From an uncultured Armatimonadetes bacterium (GTDB taxonomy: Bacteria > Armatimonadota > Hebobacteria > Hebobacterales > Hebobacteraceae), in the NCBI GenBank assembly GCA_963716175.1, contig OY970296.1, positions 452,031 to 516,030 of the forward strand: a stretch of DNA of 64,000 nt, read 5' to 3'. Numbering within the stretch: the first letter of the stretch is position 1; each line of letters begins with the position of its first letter. Below the pieces are notes generated by a model that was not told the DNA's origin, did not search any database, and worked only from the letters and a program-made list of their open reading frames with translations. This document shows, one piece after another, positions 9,261-16,845 of the stretch. Made by a program: the position numbers and the translations under genes.

Positions 9261-11895
9261 ATGGGCCGCCAGAAACAATGGCGCGGGGACCAGGGTTGAT
9301 GCCGTGAGCCATATCCTTATCTGCGGCGCGGCGGGCTATACCAATCTGGGCGATGATGCCATCCTCTGGGGGATGCTCACTCAGCTGCGGCCAGCGGTCG
9401 GGGGCCGTGCCATCAGGGTGGCCGGGGGCCCAGGGCTGGCGCCGCTGCTGACCCTATTCGGGGCTGCGCCCGTCTCCTACATGGACCGCCCGGAGCTGGC
9501 CCGCGCCGTCGAGGAGGCCGGCCTGGTCATCCTCGGGGGCGGCGGGATGCTGTACGATGTGGATTACGAAGCCAGCCTCGCTCGGTTCTTCGGCGACCCG
9601 GCCGATCGTCCCTGGCTCTATGAGCTCGCCCAGATCGCAGCCGCAGCGCGGGTCGCGGCACGGCCGTTGATGCTGTATGGGATGGGAGCAGGCCCACTGG
9701 TGACAGAGGCGGCGCGGCGGGCGGCGCGGTTCGTCGCAGAGCAAGCCTCGGTGGTCACTGTCCGCGACGCCGGCTCGGCTGATCTGCTGGCGGAATGCGG
9801 CGTGCCGCGGGCCCACGTCCAGGTCGCTGGTGACCCGGCCCTGGCCGTGGCTCCCGGATCGGCGGAGAGCGCGGAGAGCTTCCTCAGGGCCACCGGCATC
9901 GCCGCCCGTCCCAGGCCCTGGATCGCGCTGAACCTGAGGCCGTTGGTGGCGGGCATGGGCATGCCCGCCCTACAGGAGGCACAGCTCGTTGCCCGGGCCG
10001 CAGAGCTGGTGCGCCGGCTCACCGACCGGCTCGCCGCCACGGTGGTGCTGATGCCATTCCAGCGAACCAGACACGATGACCGGGAGGTCCTGGGCGCGGC
10101 GCTGGAGGCGGCCGGGAAGCCCGCTAACGCGCTGCTCGTGGCGCCACCCCCTCTGCCGCCCGATCTGGCGGCCGTGCTGGCGCGCTTCGATCTCGTGGTC
10201 GGGATGCGGCTGCACTCTCTGATGCTGGCCATGAACGGGGCCGTGCCCTTCGTCGGGCTCTGCTATGACCCCAAGGTGGCTGAGTTCGCTCGCGAGGCGG
10301 GCCTGGGCGAGTACCTGCATGCCGTTGATGAACTCGACCCGGAATCGGTCGCAGCTTCGTGCCAGCGCCTATTGAGCCGGCGCGCGGAGGCCTCGGGTCT
10401 GCTGGCTCAGCGCAACGAGCAGATGCGGACCGCTGCCGGGCTCTCGGCCGAACTCGCGGCCTGGCTGCTCGCCCGGAGGACCGGGCTCCCACAGGCGCCC
10501 CGCCCCCGCGGCGCGCGGTCTGCGGCCGCACCGCGGCCGGTGAGGCTGCCGCGGGTGCTGATGCAGATCCGGGCCGACTACCAGGACCTCCCAGGCGGCG
10601 ACACGGTGCAGATGACCCAGACCAGGCGCGCCCTGCAGGAGTTGGGGGTAAGGGCGGAGGTGAGCACCGAGGAAGCGCCTGATCTATCAGCATACGATCT
10701 CGTCCACACCTTCAACCTTGGGAGGCCGGGCGAGCCCTACAGGCACTGCCTGAACGCGATGTCACAGGGCAAGCCGGTGGCGCTTTCTACCGTCTACGCC
10801 GACTTTGGGGAGATGTGGGAGTGGGGCGACTCCGATTACTGGGAGCTGCCGCCGCCAGAGGTGGGGCTGCCGGTGCCCAGGAGGGCGCCGCCGGTGGGGC
10901 CAGTCGAGGCCCGCCGCCGGATGCGCTTGGAAGAGCAGCGGCAGGCCGCCATTGACTGGGCGACGGTCTATCTGCCGAATGGGCAGGGGGAGGCTGACTG
11001 GCTGCACGCCGCCCATGGTATGGACCTGAGCCGGACCGTGGTGGTGCCAAACGCGGTCGCGGACATCTTCTTCGACGCGCGGCCGGAGGCATTCGTGGCC
11101 CGCTGCGGGCTGCGGGATTTCGTCCTATGCGCAGCGCGGGTGGAGAAGCGTAAGAACCAGCTCAGTCTGGTGGCTGCCTTGCGAGGGACCGGCCTGCCTC
11201 TGGTGATCCTGGGGTGGGCGAACCCGGAGGCCTACCGCGATCTCTGCCGCCGCTATGCAGACGAGAATGTGCGGTTTATTGACGGGCTGGCCCACGAGGA
11301 GCTGCCTTCGGCCTACGCCGCGGCCAGGGTGCACGTGCTCGCCGGTTGGTTCGAGACCCCCGGCCTCTCCACCCTGGAGGCGGCCGCCGCCGGCTGCAAT
11401 GTCGTGTCCACCGACCGGGGGCTGGCGCGGGAGTACTTCGGCGACCTGGCCTGGTACTGCGACCCGGGCCGCATCGAGTCCATCCGGGAGGCGGTGCTGG
11501 CCGCCTACCAGGCCCCCCGGTCTGACCGCTTGCGGGACCACGTGTGCCAGCACTACACCTGGCGGCATGCCGCAGAGCGAACGCTGGAGGCCTATCAGCT
11601 CGCACTCGCCCTGCACCAGAGCGGAAGCGATCGCGATCGGCAGCCCGAGCTGCTGGCCGCCGCCCGGCGGCACGCGGACTGGCTGGCGCGGCTGGCCGCC
11701 GACCGTCAGTACGAGGCCGACCAGTTGCGCCAATGGGCCTCCGATTTGGACACGCGCAGGAAGGACCTGGAGGCGGAGGTGCAGCGGCTGCAGCGGGAGC
11801 TGGAACTGGTGACCTCGCGGCGGCTGTATCGGTGGTCGGAATCGGTGGGTCGTGCGGGCTGGGGCCTGCTTCGCGCTCTGAGGATCAAGCGGTGA
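9223..11895 (+). CDS. Polysaccharide pyruvyl transferase (CsaB/WcaK-like) fused to a GT4 glycosyltransferase, with a coiled coil and a conserved C-terminal tail
   Basis: N-terminal HILICGAAGYTNLGDDAILWGML resembles the PS_pyruv_trans signature. The C-terminal half carries GT-B motifs (RVEKRKNQLSLV ... ETPGLSTLEAAAAGCNVVSTD). The start may instead be the GTG near 9304. Confidence 0.8.
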   Translation: MSGPRSQRRREGRWAARNNGAGTRVDAVSHILICGAAGYTNLGDDAILWGMLTQLRPAVGGRAIRVAGGPGLAPLLTLFGAAPVSYMDRPELARAVEEAGLVILGGGGMLYDVDYEASLARFFGDPADRPWLYELAQIAAAARVAARPLMLYGMGAGPLVTEAARRAARFVAEQASVVTVRDAGSADLLAECGVPRAHVQVAGDPALAVAPGSAESAESFLRATGIAARPRPWIALNLRPLVAGMGMPALQEAQLVARAAELVRRLTDRLAATVVLMPFQRTRHDDREVLGAALEAAGKPANALLVAPPPLPPDLAAVLARFDLVVGMRLHSLMLAMNGAVPFVGLCYDPKVAEFAREAGLGEYLHAVDELDPESVAASCQRLLSRRAEASGLLAQRNEQMRTAAGLSAELAAWLLARRTGLPQAPRPRGARSAAAPRPVRLPRVLMQIRADYQDLPGGDTVQMTQTRRALQELGVRAEVSTEEAPDLSAYDLVHTFNLGRPGEPYRHCLNAMSQGKPVALSTVYADFGEMWEWGDSDYWELPPPEVGLPVPRRAPPVGPVEARRRMRLEEQRQAAIDWATVYLPNGQGEADWLHAAHGMDLSRTVVVPNAVADIFFDARPEAFVARCGLRDFVLCAARVEKRKNQLSLVAALRGTGLPLVILGWANPEAYRDLCRRYADENVRFIDGLAHEELPSAYAAARVHVLAGWFETPGLSTLEAAAAGCNVVSTDRGLAREYFGDLAWYCDPGRIESIREAVLAAYQAPRSDRLRDHVCQHYTWRHAAERTLEAYQLALALHQSGSDRDRQPELLAAARRHADWLARLAADRQYEADQLRQWASDLDTRRKDLEAEVQRLQRELELVTSRRLYRWSESVGRAGWGLLRALRIKR

Positions 11896-12968
11896 GACTG
11901 ACTGTCATCATCCCCACCTACAATCGCAGCGCGCTCCTGGGTAGGGCGCTGCGCCTGCTGCTGGATGAGCAGACCGCCGCGCCCAGCGACTACGAGCTTG
12001 TCGTGGTGGACGACGGCTCGACCGACGGCACCCCCGAGGTGGTCAAGGCCGTTGGCGCGCCGGAGTCGCGCCTGCGGTATTTCCGCCAGGAGAACCAGGG
12101 CCCGGCGGCGGCGCGCAACCTGGGCGTGCGAGAGGCGAAGGGCAAGATCGTCCTCTTCACCGGGGATGATTGCCTGCCCGACCGGCGGCTGATCGAGGAG
12201 CACCTGCGGGCGCATGATCGGAGCGGGGACGTGGGCGTGGTGGGGCATGTCGCCTGGCACCCCGACCTGGAGCTGACGCCGCTGATGCTCTTCCTCGATC
12301 AGGGAGCGCAGTTCGGGTTCGGGTACATCAACGACCCTGATCATGTGAGCGCCTGGTCGTTCTACACCGCCAACTGCTCGGTGCAGCGCCATTGGATCGA
12401 GGAGGTGGGTGGGTTCGACGAGGACTTCGAGAATGCGGCCTACGAGGACATCGAGCTGGCTTACCGCATGCAGCAGCGGGGCCTGCGTATCATCTACCAT
12501 CGCCCTGCGCTCACCTATCACCACCACGCGCCCACCCTGGAGGGACACCTGGTGCGCCAGCGTCTCTGCGGCCGGTCCTCGGTGATCTTCTGGCGCAAGC
12601 ATCCGGAGCTGAAGGAGGAGCTGGACATCGTCGAGGCGCAGCGACCCAGATATGCCCTTCAGTTCTTCGAGGCCGTGGGCGCCTATGCCAAGGCGCTGGG
12701 GGTGAGAGAGGTGCTGCGGCAGCAGATCCTGCTCAGGGAACAGGGCCAGGAGGCCGAGGGTGGCCCTGCCCCGGACCCCCAGGCCTGGGTGAGGGAGGCC
12801 CTGGGCACGGCCGACCCTGACAGAGAAGAGCTGATCCGTCTGCGGGCCGAACTCCGGGATATGGAGCAGGAGTGGCAGCGCGTCACCTCTCGCCGCCTCT
12901 ACCGATGGTCGGAAGCGGGGGCGCGGGCCGGGTGGAGCTTCCTGCGGCGGCTGGGGATCAGACCATGA
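11892..12968 (+). CDS. Family 2 glycosyltransferase (paralogue 1) with a coiled coil and a conserved C-terminal tail
   Basis: VRLTVIIPTYNRS and VVVDDGSTDGT (GT-A). GTGA overlap. Ends with the shared tail motif (see findings). Confidence 0.85.
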   Translation: MRLTVIIPTYNRSALLGRALRLLLDEQTAAPSDYELVVVDDGSTDGTPEVVKAVGAPESRLRYFRQENQGPAAARNLGVREAKGKIVLFTGDDCLPDRRLIEEHLRAHDRSGDVGVVGHVAWHPDLELTPLMLFLDQGAQFGFGYINDPDHVSAWSFYTANCSVQRHWIEEVGGFDEDFENAAYEDIELAYRMQQRGLRIIYHRPALTYHHHAPTLEGHLVRQRLCGRSSVIFWRKHPELKEELDIVEAQRPRYALQFFEAVGAYAKALGVREVLRQQILLREQGQEAEGGPAPDPQAWVREALGTADPDREELIRLRAELRDMEQEWQRVTSRRLYRWSEAGARAGWSFLRRLGIRP

Positions 12969-14062
12969 GGCTCAGCATCTTGATCCCGACGTACAACCGG
13001 GCCCAGATGCTGGGCCGCACTATCGCCGGCCTCCTGGACCAGTCGGCCCCTACCGAAGACTACGAGATCGTGGTGGTGGACGATGGCTCCACAGATGATA
13101 CCACCGAGGTGATGGCCGGCCTGAGCCGGCCCGGCGTTGCCCTCCAGTACATTCGCCAGGACAACAAAGGGCGGGGGGCCGCCCGGAATACCGGCCTGCG
13201 AGCTGCGCAGGGCAAGATAGCGCTGTTCATGGGAGATGACTGCATCCCGGACCGCCGCCTGGTGGAGGAGCATCTGCGGGCGCATGACAAGGAGGGGGAT
13301 GTGGCCGTGGTAGGTCATGTCTCGTGGCACCCCGAGCTTCCAGTGACACCCCTGATGCGGTTCCTCGACGAGGGCACCCAGTTCGGTTTCGCTCGCATCA
13401 AGGACCCCGATCACGTCTCTTACTGGTTCTTCTATACCAGCAACTGCTCGCTGCAACGGCACTGGATCGAGGACGTCGGCGGGTTCGACGAGGATTTCGT
13501 GCAGTACGGCTTCGAGGACAATGAGGTCGCGTATCGCATGCAGCGGCGGGGCTTGCGGATCATCTACCGGCCCGCGGCTCACTGCTACCATCATCATGCC
13601 ACCGCGCTGGAGCAGTTCCTGGTACGCCAGTGGCTGTGTGGCAAGGCGGCGGTCTCATTCTGGCGCAAGCACCCGGAGCTGAAGGAGCAACTCGGGATCG
13701 TGGAGGCGGGGCGGGCGACGACAGTCATCCAGCTGTTCGAGGCCACCATGGGCTACGCCCAGGCCCTGGGCGTGAAAGAGGAGCTGCGAGGCGAATCCCC
13801 TCTCGCCCAGGCCGACTTGGAGCGACTCTGGAGCAATGCCGAGATGGCGGAGGCCGGGCGCGCCTGGGCGGTCGAGGCCTTCGGCCCGATCGGCCCTGAG
13901 AAGGTAGAGCTGATCCGGCTGCGGGGCAAGGTTTACCTCATGGCTCAGCAGTGGCAGCGGGTCAGCGCGCGGCGCTTCTACCGCTGGTCCGAGTGGCTGG
14001 CGCGACAAGGATGGGGACTGCTACGCTGCCTGGGTTTCGGTCGCCGCGCCAGGACAGGCTAA
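12965..14062 (+). CDS. Family 2 glycosyltransferase (paralogue 2, collinear with 11892..12968)
   Basis: MRLSILIPTYNRAQ and VVVDDGSTDDT. ATGA overlap. Ends with the shared tail motif (see findings). Confidence 0.85.
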   Translation: MRLSILIPTYNRAQMLGRTIAGLLDQSAPTEDYEIVVVDDGSTDDTTEVMAGLSRPGVALQYIRQDNKGRGAARNTGLRAAQGKIALFMGDDCIPDRRLVEEHLRAHDKEGDVAVVGHVSWHPELPVTPLMRFLDEGTQFGFARIKDPDHVSYWFFYTSNCSLQRHWIEDVGGFDEDFVQYGFEDNEVAYRMQRRGLRIIYRPAAHCYHHHATALEQFLVRQWLCGKAAVSFWRKHPELKEQLGIVEAGRATTVIQLFEATMGYAQALGVKEELRGESPLAQADLERLWSNAEMAEAGRAWAVEAFGPIGPEKVELIRLRGKVYLMAQQWQRVSARRFYRWSEWLARQGWGLLRCLGFGRRARTG

Positions 14063-15702
14063 TGCCGACCGCATCGGTCGTCCTCCTCAACTGGAACGGA
14101 GCTCATCTGCTGCCCACCTGCCTGGCCTCGCTGCGCGCCCAGAGCCGCCCACCGGCGGAGATCATCATGCCGGACAACGGCTCCACCGACGGCTCCCTGG
14201 AGCTGGTGGCGAGGCGCTATCCTGAGGTGCGGGTCATCCGGTTTCCGCGGAATATGGGATTCTGCCTGGCCATGAACGCGGGGATGGAGGCCAGCCACGG
14301 CGAGTTCATCCTCTCGCTCAACAACGATACCGAGCTCGACCAGCATTGCCTCCACGAGCTGGTGTCCGCCATGCGGTCCGATCCCGGGCTGGGGATGTGT
14401 GCGCCCAAGATGATCTACTATGACGACCCCGGGTTGATCAACTCCGCCGGACATGCCTGCGGCCCCGATGGGGTGGTGGTGGACATCGGCCGGGGGCAGA
14501 GAGACGGGAAATGGTTCCGCCATCCCCGGGAGGTGCTGGGCGCCTGCGCGGGCGCGGCCCTCTACCGCCGGGAGATGCTGGCCCAGGTGGGGCTGTTCGA
14601 TCCCGACTTCTTCATCAGCTATGAAGACGCCGACCTGAGCTGGCGGGCGCAGTGGGCGGGGTGGCGTGCGCGCTATGTGCCGACCGCAGTGGTACGGCAC
14701 CGGGAGGGAGTCTCGCGAGGAATCCGCAGCCGTCGCGCGGTGTTCCTGGGGATGCGCAACAGCGTCCACGTATGGACCAAGGACTGGCCGCTGTCCTCTC
14801 TCTGGCATCATCTGCCCGCGATCTGGCGCGGCTGGCGCGCCGCTGCCTTGGAGCTGACGCGCCGGGGTGAGGCCGGGGTGGTGGCGGCGGCGACCTGGGA
14901 CGCGCTGGCGCAGACGCCGCGCATGCTGAACCGGAGGCGGCGGATCGGGCGCAGCAGGTCGGTCGCAGCCAGCAGGTTCGAGGCATTGCTGGAGATGGGC
15001 CGCCACCACACTCGTGGCGATTCTGAGCGACGCGAGGAATCGCCTGCCCTGGACAGCGGGGGCGCTTTAGCGCCCCCGCCCGCGTGCCGCCGGAGGAATG
15101 AACCCGTGCCGACGCGCATCCTCGCCATCTCGCTGGTCCCGCCGGAGACGTTCGCCCGAATATTGCGGGCGGTGCGCGACCAGTATCCAGAGGGGGAACT
15201 GGTGGCATTGCTCGGTTCCGAGGGGCGCTATGACAGCGCCGACGAGGTCATGCTCTGGCGATCCTCCGGCGCCCGAAGGCTGATCAAGGAGCTGCGGCGC
15301 CGGCGGCCTGACCTGGTGGTGGTGGCCCATGGCGGCGACCAGTGCCTGACCCGCGCTTACTGGAAGGCAGTGCTTTTGGCACTGCTGGCGGGAGCGCGGC
15401 AGCAGTTGCTCTGGCGAGACACCTGTAGGGTGGGCATGTCTCTGCATGCCCGCCGCCAGGGGGCGACGCCAGCGGTTCGCGCTTGCTCGAAGGCGGGATT
15501 CGTGCTGCGCGCAGCCGGCCAGGCGGTCGCCCAGTTGGCGGCCGAGGCCTATGTGGCCGCCACAGGCTTGCTGCTGGCGCCTATACTGGCAGCGGTCGCC
15601 ATCACCGATATCACTGAGTACTTGGCGCGGGCCGGGCGGCTGGGGCCGCCACGCGGCCAGCGGGAGAGAAGGAGCGTCCCCCGGCGGCGGCAAACTGGCT
15701 AG
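14062..15702 (+). CDS. Family 2 glycosyltransferase with a C-terminal GT9-N-like module and a TM helix
   Basis: VVLLNWNGAHLL and MPDNGSTDGS (GT-A). TAATG overlap. C-terminal module TRILAISLVPPETF...RRRRPDLVVVAHGGDQ...LLALLAGARQQL, then hydrophobic LLLAPILAAVAITDI. Confidence 0.8.
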   Translation: MPTASVVLLNWNGAHLLPTCLASLRAQSRPPAEIIMPDNGSTDGSLELVARRYPEVRVIRFPRNMGFCLAMNAGMEASHGEFILSLNNDTELDQHCLHELVSAMRSDPGLGMCAPKMIYYDDPGLINSAGHACGPDGVVVDIGRGQRDGKWFRHPREVLGACAGAALYRREMLAQVGLFDPDFFISYEDADLSWRAQWAGWRARYVPTAVVRHREGVSRGIRSRRAVFLGMRNSVHVWTKDWPLSSLWHHLPAIWRGWRAAALELTRRGEAGVVAAATWDALAQTPRMLNRRRRIGRSRSVAASRFEALLEMGRHHTRGDSERREESPALDSGGALAPPPACRRRNEPVPTRILAISLVPPETFARILRAVRDQYPEGELVALLGSEGRYDSADEVMLWRSSGARRLIKELRRRRPDLVVVAHGGDQCLTRAYWKAVLLALLAGARQQLLWRDTCRVGMSLHARRQGATPAVRACSKAGFVLRAAGQAVAQLAAEAYVAATGLLLAPILAAVAITDITEYLARAGRLGPPRGQRERRSVPRRRQTG

Positions 15703-15783
15703 GCCAGTGCCGCCGCGGCGGCCGCTTGCCGCGGCCTAGCCGCTGATGGGGCGGGGCCAGCAGACCGGAGTGACGGGAGAGCG

Positions 15784-16845
15784 ATGCGCGTTCTGGTTAC
15801 TGGGATTGCAGGCTTCATCGGCAGCCACGTGGCCGAGGGACTGGTCGCGGCCGGACACGAGGTGGTGGGGATAGACGATCTCGCCGGCGGGTTCAAGCGC
15901 AACGTGCCCGCCCAGGCGAAGTTCCTCCGGCTCGATCTGCGCGATGCCGCTGAGACCGAGCGCGTGGTGAGCGAGCATCCGGCGGACGTGCTCTGTCACC
16001 TGGCCGCCAATGCCCGCGAGGGCGCCTCTCAGTTCCAGCCCCGGGATGTCTGCGGCCGGAACCTGATGGCCTACGTCAATGTGCTGGTGCCGGCCATGCG
16101 CGGCGGAATGAAGAAGGTGGTGCTCTACAGCTCGATGGCGGTCTACGGCGATCAGCAGGCGCCCTTTGATGAGACTATGCCGCGCCAGCCGGTGGACATC
16201 TACGGGGTGAACAAGGCGGCAATGGAGGAGATCACCGGGATTCTGGCGGAGGTGCACGATTTCTCCTATACCATCATCCGCCCACACAACGTCTTCGGCG
16301 AGCGGCAGAGCCTGCGAGATCGCTTCCGTAATGTGGTGGCCATCTTCATGAATCGCATCATGCGGGGCGAACCGCTGTATATCTATGGAGACGGAGAGCA
16401 GACCCGGGCTTTTAGCTACATCGCGGACTCCCTGCCCGCCTTCCTGGCCGCGGTCGAGCTGCGGCCCGAGCTCGACCGGCAGGCCATCAACGTGGGTGGG
16501 AGAAAGGCGGTGAGTGTCAACGACTTGGTGCGGCTCGTGTGCGCCGCCTTCGGGGCCAAACCGGAGGTGGTGCACCTGCCCGACCGGCCTCGGGAAGTGA
16601 GGAACGCCTACTGCACCTGGCAGAAGTCCGAGGCGCTGCTGAACTACCAGGAGCACTACGATCTGGAGCAGGCGATTGGCCGCATGGCGCAGTGGGCCAG
16701 GATGATAGGGCCACAGCCCTGGAGCGAAGAGGAGCTGGAGCTGCCCAGCGCGAAGGCGCCTGTCATCTGGATGAGCGACGACCCGCCAGGCGAGATCACC
16801 AGCAGGCCCGCCACGCCGCCGGCGGGCAAGCCCGATAGCCCGTGA
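15784..16845 (+). CDS. NAD-dependent epimerase/dehydratase (SDR family, UDP-sugar epimerase-like)
   Basis: MRVLVTGIAGFIGSHV Rossmann motif, catalytic YxxxK region (SMAVYGD...YGVNKAAME), Pro-rich tail. Confidence 0.85.
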   Translation: MRVLVTGIAGFIGSHVAEGLVAAGHEVVGIDDLAGGFKRNVPAQAKFLRLDLRDAAETERVVSEHPADVLCHLAANAREGASQFQPRDVCGRNLMAYVNVLVPAMRGGMKKVVLYSSMAVYGDQQAPFDETMPRQPVDIYGVNKAAMEEITGILAEVHDFSYTIIRPHNVFGERQSLRDRFRNVVAIFMNRIMRGEPLYIYGDGEQTRAFSYIADSLPAFLAAVELRPELDRQAINVGGRKAVSVNDLVRLVCAAFGAKPEVVHLPDRPREVRNAYCTWQKSEALLNYQEHYDLEQAIGRMAQWARMIGPQPWSEEELELPSAKAPVIWMSDDPPGEITSRPATPPAGKPDSP

